A stretch of DNA of 34,821 nt from Octopus sinensis (lineage: Eukaryota): positions 1-34,821 of the forward strand of contig NW_021829939.1 of NCBI RefSeq assembly GCF_006345805.1, written 5' to 3'. A program made the translations under genes and the position numbers. The first letter of the stretch is position 1, and each line of letters opens with the position of its first letter. Below, piece after piece: positions 1 through 9,668 of the stretch. The notes under the pieces are model-generated. The model was not told where the DNA came from. It worked only from the letters and a program-made list of their open reading frames with translations, and searched no databases.

Positions 1-607
1 GAATAATCAAATAAAACAATTCTTTGAGAATGTTGATTTTATGAAATATCTCATTCCATTATATCTAAAAAAAGATTCTTATATATGACGAACTGTTAAT
101 GTAACTTATCTCTTTTATAATGCTAATTTATTCAATCTTAGGCAATTAAACTATCAACAGTATGCGATTACTAATATAAATTATTTTTCTTGCTGGCGAA
201 ACCTTAAAAAGATAGAAAAAATTTATTACAGAAGAGGAGTTGCTATTCCAGTTTATGTCTGGCCTGCTATTTGAATTGTTGTTTTGAAATGTTCCAGGTA
301 CTAAATATAAAAAAAATTTTAAATTAAAAACACGTATTTTTCACGGACTGGCAAATGAAGACAAAATTGATTGATTCTTATGCCAACACTCTTAAAAATA
401 ATTGATCTAAAAATTTTTTAGTTAATTTTAACTTATTAATTTTTGTTTATAAACCTATTTTAGGGTCCAATATTTTACGAATCGAAAAAATATCACATAT
501 ATTAAAAATACTTAATTTTAATTGAGATAGTTTATAAAAAAGATATGTCATGGTACAAAATCTAAATTATTCTGGTTGCATGGATTGTAAATCGGGTGGT
601 TCTCTGT
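1..607 (+). pseudogene. Possible decayed spliced gene of unknown family
   Basis: Exon-like blocks bounded by GT..AG. Frames read like protein (NNQIKQFFENVDFMKYLIPLYLKKDSYI*RTVN; YYRRGVAIPVYVWPAI*IVVLK; SNILRIEKISHILKILNFN*DSL*KRYVMVQ) but carry several in-frame TGA/TAA. No family recognised. Confidence 0.25.
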
Positions 608-866
608 AAGTAAAAATTACTGTTTTTTGAAATTTCTATTTTTCAAAAAGTCTTTAGATTTTTAAAAACTTTAATGAATTTCTAAAATGTGGGATTTAAT
701 TTTCAAATATGTGAGATTTAAATTTGCTCAACATTAATTATAAACAACTAGCTCGGCAGCTCGCTTCGCTCACCGCGACCTAGCTCCTGCGGAGGGCCTG
801 TTTCATCAAACAACTATAAGTTTATGTAGATGTATAAAACACACCAATCAAATAGATAACTATCAC

Positions 867-1058
867 ATGTTTGGCCCGTTTGCAATGGAGACGTCGGGAG
901 TCCTCGGTCCCAGAACTAAAAAATTCCTTATTAAACTGGGGGACCTAGCAAGCAGAAGGAGAAACGATCATCGGGAATGGACATGGCTTTTCCAACGCAT
1001 ATCAATAGCCATCTTGCGTGGGAAATGCCATTCCATCCTATCCTCTGCTGCTAATTAA
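867..1058 (+). mobile_element. CRE-clade non-LTR retrotransposon, 3' fragment (restriction-like endonuclease C-terminus)
   Basis: FGPFAMETSGVLGPRTKKFL...WTWLFQRISIAILRGKCHSILSSAAN* matches the F.P.A.ET.G / QR.SIA..RGN C-terminal signature of CRE RLE domains. Confidence 0.8.
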
Positions 1059-1221
1059 ATATTTATGAACATTTTCTGTGTTAAAAAAAAATTCACTATC
1101 ACATTAATAGATAACAATAGGCATTAAATAGATAACAATAGAGAGAGATGCGGCAGGGCAGCAGCAGCCAAAAAAGCGACACGCAAAGAAGATTTAATTA
1201 ATTACCTTAAGCTGACCGTTT

Positions 1222-1458
1222 TTTCTTCAGCTTCGTTTTTCCTCCTTCGGTTATCTATTTAAAAATTATTTTTGAATAATAAAAAATATTAGGAAAAAAG
1301 AGGCATACCGAAAATAAATTCTATCTTTACGAAAAACTTCTTTTCTTAAGCTTCGTCTTCCCTCCTTCGGTTATCTATTGAAAAAATTATTTTTGAATAA
1401 TAAAAAAGTTTAGGAAAAGAGGCATACCAAAAATAAATTCTATCTTTACGAAAAACTT
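1222..1458. repeat. ~118-bp imperfect tandem duplication
   Basis: GCTTCGT..CCTCCTTCGGTTATCTATT...GAGGCATACC.AAAATAAATTCTATCTTTACGAAAAACTT occurs twice back to back. Confidence 0.9.
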
Positions 1459-1808
1459 AAATAAATAGTTAATATTTTAACGCAAATTCTTCTGATTGCG
1501 CTGTCAATTGGTGGTAAATTGTGTTAATGATTGTGCTAATGTGGTTTCAACTATCAAAGTGTTTTTCAAAATCTGTTAATTGCACACTCTATTCAAGGTC
1601 GTGCAATCTGTAATTGCACATTCTGTCAAAGTCAAATATGATAATAGCTTTAATTTTGATTCATGGTCGATAATGATATATGCATTTAATTTTAAAGAGA
1701 AAAACATAGGATGAATTCTTTATCGCGAATAATTGGGAGTTCATCATTGTTAATATTCTCGCTGTCGTTTTCATCAAGGATATTCTAATACGTGAGATTT
1801 TTGCCTCG

Positions 1809-2690
1809 AAGGTTTTAATGGACCTCATCATGTAAGTCGAGGACATCGTAGTTGTTCATTTTAACCAAAATGCAGAAATTTTTTTTTTAATTTTTTTGGG
1901 GGGAAGGTTTTAAGGACCTCATCATGTAAGTCGAGGACATCGTAGTTGTTCATTTTAAACAAAATGCAGAAATTTTTTTTAATTTTTTTGGGGGGAAGGT
2001 TTTAAGGACGTTATCATGTAAGTCGAGGACATCGTAGTTGTTCATTTTAACCAAAATGCAGAAATTTTTTTTTAATTTTTTTTGGGGGGAAGGTTTTAAA
2101 GACCTCATCATGTAAGTCGAAGACATCGTAGTTGTTTATTTTAACCAAAATGCAAAAAAAAATTTTTTAATTTTTTTTGGGGGGAAGGTTTTAAGGACCT
2201 CATCATGTAAGTCGAGGACATCGTAGTTGTTCATTTTAACCAAAATGCAGAAATTTTTTTTTAATTTTTTTTGGGGGGAAGGTTTTAAGGACCTCATCAT
2301 GTAAGTCGAGGACATCGTAGTTGTTCATTTTAACCAAAATGCAGAAATTTTTTTTTTAATTTTTTTGGGGGGAAGGTTTTAAAGACCTCATCATGTAAGT
2401 CGAAGACATCGTAGTTGTTCATTTTAACCAAAATGCAGAATTTTTTTTTTAATTTTTTTTGGGGGGAAGGTTTTAAGGACTTTATCATGTAAGTCGAGGA
2501 CATCGTAGTTGTTCATTTTAACCAAAATGCAAAAAAATTTTTTTTAATTTTTTTTTTTGGGGGGAAGGTTTTAAGGACCTCATCATGTAAGTCGAGGACA
2601 TCGTAGTTGTTCATTTTAACCAAAATGCAGAAAAAAATTTTTTGCTTTTTTTGGCGAAAAGGTTTTAAGGACCTCATTATCGAGGATATT
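1809..2690. repeat. ~94-bp satellite/VNTR, 9 full copies plus a partial copy
   Basis: AAGGTTTTAA restarts at 1809, 1904, 1996, 2090, 2185, 2279, 2373, 2467, 2565 and 2659. Copies differ mainly in T/A run lengths. Confidence 0.95.
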
Positions 2691-2823
2691 CTTGATATGT
2701 TAGATTTTTGGGTGGAAGATTCTTGGAGGAGTTCATGATTTTAAGCTTGTTCCCCATTATTGGCTAATAAGGGGAAAGGATTTTGACAATTTATCTGTAC
2801 TTTGCCAATTTGAAGTTGGTGTG

Positions 2824-2851
2824 CACACACAGACAGACAGACAGACACACA
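2824..2851. repeat. (CA)n(CAGA)n microsatellite
   Basis: CACACACAGACAGACAGACAGACACACAC read directly. Confidence 0.9.
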
Positions 2852-2879
2852 CCATACCATTTTATTATTAAGATATAAA

Positions 2880-2990
2880 TAGGCCCAATGGGATTAGTAT
2901 TCTTTTCTCGATCGGGAGGCTCATTGAAAAGGAGACAAAACACACCCTGGAAACCAGTTGGCTGTACTAGAGGGTATCGATAGCAATCTT
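2880..2990 (+). mobile_element. Degenerate CRE-clade 3' remnant
   Basis: ETSWLY*RVSIAIL resembles WTWLFQRISIAIL of the 867-1058 copy. Confidence 0.5.
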
Positions 2991-3280
2991 GTGCACACTG
3001 GTGAATACTGATTTTCAAATTATCAGTTACGATAATTAATCATAAATAGTCAATCGTCCTTGCAATAGTATAATCATATAAATAGATAAATCTATCATTA
3101 TATTCCACTCATAAATCCAGAAATTATTAAAAATCAAAAATATTCACAACCAAAACGACCACTTAATTAAAAACTGCCTGAACCATAACTCGTTGTTTGG
3201 AGGTAAAATAACAAGTTAAGACACACACCAAGTCCTATATAGTAAATATAATAATCGAAAGTATTAAAAAACTGATTTAT

Positions 3281-3941
3281 TTAAATATCGACAATAACAA
3301 AAATGTCAGTACGATTACTAGTTGTAACAATATTCATACAATGGTAAGTAACAGCCTTGATCTCCGTCCCCAAAAAATAAAAAATATTATTTAAAACTTG
3401 TTCGTGTTTTTTCAAATCAAACTCCTCTCCTTTTCTATAAATGAATCAAAAAACTACAAATCTTACAATCTACATTCCAAAGACCATCCTCCATCACAAT
3501 TTTGACCAAATTGAGTAATATTTATATCCTAAATATTAAAAATAACCAAAAATACATTTGCGACAAAATATTGACCGCAGGAAAATATAAAAATTATTTC
3601 ATCCAGAAAATTGTAAAGTAAAGAATATAAATCGTGTCCTACGTTAAAAATAATCACAAAAAACCTTCAACGGTAAAATCAAAATAATTTTTAAATTCAA
3701 CTTTATTTATATTTGTCATATAACCGTACATTCCGAGAGCAGCCTAAAATTAACAAAATAAAAATGCCAATTCAAAGGCTTCCTCGATATTTGGAGACCC
3801 TAAAAATTTCATGTTTAAATTTATACAGGAATGGATTCTATATTTATTAATTTAATATTTAATACTGAATATCAGCAGGATGGTCCAAATCTTAAAAAAT
3901 TATTATTTAATTTACTAACATTCATATCCACACTCACCCAT
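3281..3941 (-). CDS. ZBTB8OS: Archease (RTCB tRNA-ligase cofactor), 9 exons, 146 aa
   Basis: Exons 3941-3920, 3890-3866, 3837-3827, 3799-3768, 3743-3665, 3638-3556, 3528-3467, 3434-3398, 3370-3281 (441 nt) give MGECGYEYLDHPADIQIHSWSPNIEEAFELAALGMYGYMT...HDLYSLLYNFLDE...GEEFDLKKHEQGTEIKAVTYH...DIFVIVDI*. YEYLDH.AD, GTE.KA.TY and terminal DI are archease hallmarks. The last intron lacks AG. Confidence 0.93.
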
Positions 3942-4167
3942 ATGACAATAAAATAAAATTTAAATAATTAAAATATTTTTTTATAAATATTTTTTAAATT
4001 AAATTTTGTGTGTCAATTATTTGTTTGAAATAATAAGATTTTTGTGTCTATTGATTTAATTGTAACCGTTTTCAGTAAAAAAATTTATTTAATATTATTT
4101 TTCATAATAAAGAAATTTTAATTTCGTTATTTTAATTAATAATAATAATTTATAATAAAAAATTATT

Positions 4168-5388
4168 TTAAAATAAATCAAATTTATTTTCTTGTTGTAG
4201 CATTCTAATATTCTCCAACTCTGAATAATTCTTTTTCAATTTATTCTTCATTTCCATTATCTATAATGAATTAAGATTTTAATACAATATTTAAATCTTT
4301 CTTTGCCTCATTCAATGATTCATACACATTAGAATGCCTTTTATTTATTATTTTGTTATTAAATTCACGAAGTTCCTCTGTAATCTGTTCCACGTCTTCA
4401 GCCCTAAAAAATGATAAAAATTTCCCGCCTTTTTCTTTCTTTTTCCATCAAATCAAAAGCCGAAAAATTTTTCTTAGCCACAATCTGGTCTATGGGACTG
4501 TTCTTGGCCTAAAAGTCAATTTTTATGTGTACAATCTCATTTTCCATAGAAGTAGGAATACGAGTCACATCAACTCCAAAAGGTGCATTTTTAATAGAAT
4601 TATTAATTTCTTAAAATTAATTTATTTTAATTAAATATATTATTAAATAATAAAATAAACTTATTTTTCCAATTTGAATATCAAATATTTTTTGTTGGTT
4701 AATTATTTTGGTCTTTTCTCTCCAATCAACCAGAGCACGACATACACTGAAGATTATAAATAAAAAACAACTTTAAACGATCCAATTTTTTCTGAGTCAC
4801 AATTTTTAAATCGTCGGAAACAATTTTTGGTTTATTTTTATTCATAATTTTTGATTTTTTCTCTTAAAATTCATAGAAAACTATTTTTTACCAATTTTTA
4901 TTGGAATTTGGGTATTTTGGTGGATTTCGTTTTTTAAATGTTTCAAAAAACTGTCTAAACCTGAAGAATATATTTTTTTAAAATCTGAGTCTAGTGGGTT
5001 TGATCTAAGACTCAAATTTTTTAAATTTGGTAAAAATCCTGTCTGTTTTTTGATGTAGAAAAACCGTATGAGTTTGGAATTGAAGTCAGGACGTTTCGGT
5101 CGAGAAGGAGTGTGTTGAGGTCACACTCTTTTGGCGATTGGACCAAAGGTAGTTGAGTTATTTGATTGGCGCGAAGATCAATCCAAAGAGCTTTTTGGAG
5201 GGAATCAAAAAATGAATTTGGTAATATTTTTAGATTGTTTTTTGATAGATCTAAGAACTTAATTATTTTAATATAATTACTTTTATGTTTTTTATATTTA
5301 GGAGTTCTTTTGGAATTTCGTTTAGTTTAGAATTAGATAAATTAATTCTATTTTCATTACATTGTTCATATGCCTTAGATATCATCAT
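4168..5388 (-). CDS. LRRC27: Leucine-rich repeat protein, LRRC27-like, 9 exons, 330 aa
   Basis: Introns 5280-5258, 5064-5039, 4891-4863, 4771-4747, 4660-4610, 4532-4509, 4428-4404 (GC-AG), 4285-4261 leave a 993-nt open frame. It has LRRs (FFDSLQKALWIDLRANQITQLP, LNTLLLDRNVLTSIP, LKNLSLRSNPL) then a coiled coil with RALVDWREK, like LRRC27 RALQEWRER. The LRR call is firm; orthology is from recall. Confidence 0.8.
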
Positions 5389-5670
5389 AAGATTGGTAAC
5401 TTGGTAATATTTTATTTATTTAATTAACAAATAGAATATAAAATATAATATTTTATAAAATATAATAAATTTTAAATTAATATAGTTTCTATTTTTTATA
5501 TCAAAAATGTATAATAAAAAACAACTATCAATATACAAAATTCTTATTTCTAAATTAAACTATAATATAAAGCTAAATATTTATAATTATTTATAAATAT
5601 ATTAATATAAATAATATTTTTAGAAATATAAAAAAATAATAAAAGACTAATACTCAGCACCTTGTTGTGC

Positions 5671-6222
5671 ATGTCAGGCCAACATATTTCTGACCCAATT
5701 ACCACAGAAAATAGTAATTTATAAATAAAATATAATTAATTAGTAATAACCACAAACAAACGTGGTTGGAATGACCCTCCTAAGATGTCATACATGTATA
5801 CAACCTCTGGCTCAGACTCATCCAGCACAGCCTCAAATTCAACATCCTCAAAGCCAAAATTCGATAAAAATGAAGATTTGGGGAAACAGTCTTACGTAAT
5901 CAACAATTCTCAAAAAATAACATCAGGCCTCGTTAAAGTTGTTTAAAAAATAATTATTCCAAAGGAGGCTGTGATTGGTAAAAGAATTGACATTCTTAAC
6001 GAGGCATGGGAAGGAAATTTGCTATCAGAAGAAATAAAGGACTATTTGGTTCAATTAATCACGTGCTTGCTCAAACCTGACTTTTTTCGCGCCGAAAATA
6101 TATGCAAGATTATGGCGGTTGACCACATTAAAGAGGTTCATTTCATTATGTAATAAATTCAGGTAAGTAGGTGGATTGCTGGATATAGAATGCTCATTTC
6201 TCAATTAAAAAATAATATATAA
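5671..6222 (+). CDS. SRA1: Steroid receptor RNA activator protein (SRAP), 4 exons, 155 aa
   Basis: Introns 5714-5743, 5938-5964, 6136-6162. Protein contains NKRGWNDPPKMSY and IGKRIDILNEAWEGNLLSEEIK...MAVDHIKEVSRWIAG, matching SRA1 RGWNDPP and VDHVTEVSQW motifs. Confidence 0.9.
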
Positions 6223-6253
6223 GTTTTTTAATTTAATTTTTACTAACATTTTA

Positions 6254-6874
6254 TTAAAAATCTTCAATTTTTATATAACAGATATTATTTCCCGCCGTTG
6301 TAGCTATTATTAAAGCGCGGGAACCAAAAATACGGGTATATGAATCTCTAAGTTGCATCAAATCATTTTCCTCACTAAAAATACTGTTTAAAATTATATA
6401 TAAATAATATTTAAATTAATTAAAATATATAATAAAATACCTTGTTACAAATAGATGATATTGTGGTGATGTGGGATTGGATTTTTTAAAAGTCTTAACA
6501 CAAGACGGTAAATAAACATCAAAAATGGAATAATAAAAAGGAGTAGTATTACGACGTAGTACATAGCCCAGTTGTGTTAAATTGGAGTATACAGTCATGA
6601 CATTACTCCCCAATAGTCCATCAACTATAAGGGACAGGTCATCGGCCTGTAGTATTTGGCCGTCTTTTAGACATGTTAGTGAGCCCTTGTTGGTTAGATA
6701 TAGTATTTCCTCGGGGAATAAGTAATGTCTACTATTTTTTGAATAACCCATTGTTTTGAAGAAGTTGCCCTAAATTAAAATATATATTTTTTATACTTTT
6801 ATTTTTACTAGTTCTCCTACTTTCAAGTCTTCTATCCAATTAGCATGTGCTGTTTTAGATAGTAATAACTCCAT
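6254..6874 (-). CDS. TSEN54: tRNA-splicing endonuclease subunit Sen54, 3 exons, 178 aa
   Basis: Introns 6796-6770 and 6440-6384. GNFFKTMGYS...YLFPEEILYL..KGS, VYSNLTQLGYVLRR and IFDVY..VKTFKKSNP match the Sen54 N- and C-terminal conserved blocks. Confidence 0.88.
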
Positions 6875-7217
6875 TAATTAAATAACCACAACAAGTGGAT
6901 AAATTATATATATTTTATTATATTATCAAATTTTAAAATTAATTAAATATACTTTACTTAGTAGTTTGACCCAGTCAAACTTAATTTTAATACTTATTAA
7001 ATATATATATTATAATGTGACAAATTATTATAACTTTAGTCATTTTAACTTTTCTATATAGATTAGCTAACGATTAGGAATGACTTTATAAATTTTTATT
7101 TTATTAATATAGTTAATTTAATAAATATTTTTTAAATAATTAATTAGTATATTTAAATTTATAATAAAAGAAGACATAATTTATTGTGGTCCCCTTACTC
7201 TAGTGAGTAATATAAAC

Positions 7218-8699
7218 ATGAGCATTGAGCAGTCACTTATACCGATAATTTCTCCTTGTATTCCAGACGAGGAAAAGATTATCCAATCATTGCTAATATT
7301 AGAAAAGTTCCAACAAGATTTTAGACATTTTATTCAAAAATAAATCAAAATGTATAAATATGTAACGATTAAAGCTATAGATAGATGTTAGAAAGGACAG
7401 ATTGTCATCCATAAAGTCTAGAATTTCAATTGTTGAGCAAAAAATCAAAAACTGGACAAATCGGGCAAGGCAATAAGGATTTATTCTCCCTTCAATTTGC
7501 CTCAGACAATAAAATTTCCAAGAAATGACCTCCAAGTTAGGCCAAATGTTAAAAATGAAACCAAACTCCACTACAAACTATCAAAAGTTTTTTCATTTAA
7601 ATATCTATTATAAATTTAATTAAAAATAAAATTATTTTAATTAATTAATTAGAATTTAGATTTAATTTCTCAATATAAAAATTCTACAATGGTCCCAGCC
7701 TCTTTTGATTTAATAAAAGACAAGGAAAAGACACCGTTTAATGAGGGAATTGGCAGGCCTCCGAACAATTTGAAAAGCACTGGAAATTTTCTTATATATA
7801 ATACAAATATAAATGCGTAATTTATTTTTATATTTATTATTAATTTTTTATTTTAATAAATAGATTTAAAAACTATTCTTTTGTTGATCCTCTTAACGTT
7901 GTTTCAAAAATTACAAAACCACATGAAAAAAGACACGAGCCAGCCAAGGCACCGGAGACCGTGACTTTGGGCCATCAATTCGATCCTTTCCAGCGTTTAA
8001 ATTTTGACTACAATCCTATTTTGGGTGATGTACCTCAAATCAAGGTCCCCGAAAGTCTTCCCGTGCTTTCTGGTTAAACTCAATTTGTTATTTCAGGGAT
8101 TGTAAGTGATTTGAATTATCTCCCTAAAAAAGAAACGGGGATTGCTCCGTCGATTATTTTGACCGAAATCACCGTGGATTTACCGGATCTTGATAACGAA
8201 TTCACCGAGGATCCCGTAATGTCCACACCACCAAAGGTCGAGGCTTCGCATCCCGAATCCAACATTTTTCCAAAACTGAAATTGCGAGAGGAAAACATGA
8301 CTTTGTCATCAAAAATGAAATCGAGGAAAATTTTGTAGTCGAAGATGACAAAAAATGTCGAGGTCACTCCGAAGCCTTCAGGAGAACCGAAACTGAAGGC
8401 TCTGCTGACTCAATTCTTGACGCGGGAGGGATAAATCAGTTCAAATTCCGAAAAAGAAAGAAAATGAAACAAAAACTGAGATTGAACCAAAAAAGGAAGA
8501 GGAAAAAATTGATATATTGTCACAACTCAAAAAAGTGTTAAAAAGAAGAGGAGAGTCTCTAAAAGGGAAGGGAGAGGACTATGTAGAGCCTCCAAAGTCG
8601 AAGAAGTATGAGGAGTCACCACTAATCAAGAGTATGTCTAAAGTCATAAAGAGTGAATCAATGGAGGAGGATGAAAATGAGGCTGGCTGGTCGGATTAA
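7218..8699 (+). CDS. WASHC1: WASH complex subunit 1, frameshifted as written (assembly error, pseudogene or recoded)
   Basis: Introns 7352-7380, 7587-7652, 7817-7863, 8073-8096. Restored frame gives KAIRIYS, EGIGRPPNNLKSTGNFLIYNT, FVDPL, LGDVPQIKVPESLPVLSGIVSDL..GIAPS, ILDAGG, DILSQLKKVLKRRGESLKGK and acidic EEDENEAGWSD*. At least five +1-nt corrections are needed. Confidence 0.88.
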
Positions 8700-8989
8700 A
8701 TTTATTTTGATTACTAATATTATTATATAAGTCACATTTATTGGGTTTCAAGTATTTCTATTTTCTAGGTTTTCAAAAAAAATAATATTTGATAATATTT
8801 TGAGCTAAAAATGGCTTTTTATTTTTTTCTTGCCAAAACAATAGCGAGATTTTTACGTATCAACTTTATTTTTAGCTAAGAGGTAGAATATGATAGTCAG
8901 CTGTATTATCTTAAAAAATTGACATTGTTGTTAAAAAATACTTAATTGTCCATGGTTTGAGCTCTTAGTGTGTTTTCAAACATCCTTAA

Positions 8990-9430
8990 TATTAATTTTA
9001 AAACATATTATTCCTGGAAAGACTGGCAGTCGAGCCAGATGCCGTGATTGTAGGAAGGAGGCACAAGGTCTCGTATTTCGAATGAGGCAGCATTATTTGT
9101 TATTCCGTCTAATATTGATATCCCTCAAAATCCGTCAAAAGTTGAAATTGGCGTAATCAGCGAATTGTCCCTGAGGATGAGGGACCGATCATTAATCAAT
9201 TTTGTTACTACGATGACGTTATCGAACAAAAATTTGATAGATATGCAACTCGCTAGATACGTATATCCAAGAATACTCCTTCTGGAAGTGTAGCACATCT
9301 AGAATTTGTTCAATTTATCAAAATGTTTCTTTTGGGTATTGTTTACATTCTCATCTTCAAATTGGTCGTCCATTTCTTGATCGAGTGTACCACCAACTAC
9401 ATGAGGACTGTCGACAAAAACTTATTTCAT
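8990..9430 (+). mobile_element. Decayed hAT-type transposase N-terminus (BED zinc finger)
   Basis: RARCRDCRKEAQGLVFRMRQH (BED finger), then FVTTMTLSNKNLIDMQLARYVY / VAHLEFVQFIKM / QIGRPFLDRVY across shifting frames. Confidence 0.65.
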
Positions 9431-9588
9431 AAAAATCCTCTTTAAATAACAAAAATAAGATTTTTTACTGTATATAAGTCCAAGTTCCGTCTTGAAAAAC
9501 CTGGAAACGACCCCGTTTCATTTATTGCATTTTTGAATTTCGGACTGCTTCAGGTGGTCTTGGGAAGTGACTTTCACTATGATGATAA

Positions 9589-9668
9589 TACAGTGAATAC
9601 TCTCAAATTCGCCATTTTTGGTTTTGTCATTTTTTGCAGCGAATTTGAGGAATGGCAAATTTCAGAAT
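9589..9668 (+). mobile_element. Left end of a pogo/Tc1-mariner-type MITE
   Basis: TA followed by CAGTGAATACTCTCAAATTCGCCATT (9591-9616); inverted match to 13848-13873. Confidence 0.6.

Larger units (their letters stand above)
746..2874. mobile_element. Putative non-autonomous Helentron-type (DINE-1/HINE-like) element with central tandem repeats
   Basis: 5' AACTAGCTCGGCAGCTCGCTTCGCTCACCGCG (746-777), a ~94-bp tandem array, a (CAGA)n microsatellite near the 3' end, and a TTATTATTAAGAT terminus (2874). This order matches DINE-1/Lep1-type elements. That both ends belong to one element is inferred. Confidence 0.45.

Noticed and set aside
1148-1200. CRE piece GRAAAAKKATRKEDL
   Set aside because: Too short and low in complexity to assign.
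1809-2690. CRISPR-like array
   Set aside because: Units are near-identical along their whole length with no unique spacers, and the context is eukaryotic.
4168-5260. Stand-alone KxDL protein, or an SPC25-like plus-strand gene
   Set aside because: Both are better explained as the coiled-coil tail and the antisense shadow of the single LRRC27-like gene.
7335-7343. Euplotes-type +1 frameshift motif AAA-TAA in WASH1
   Set aside because: The motif is present, but the +1 frame hits a stop. Homology needs a -1 shift, and the other breaks lack the motif.
7218-8699. WASH1 breaks explained by extra tiny introns
   Set aside because: The first two breaks align gap-free to WASH1 and there are no suitable GT/GC..AG pairs; removing 20 nt or more would delete conserved residues.
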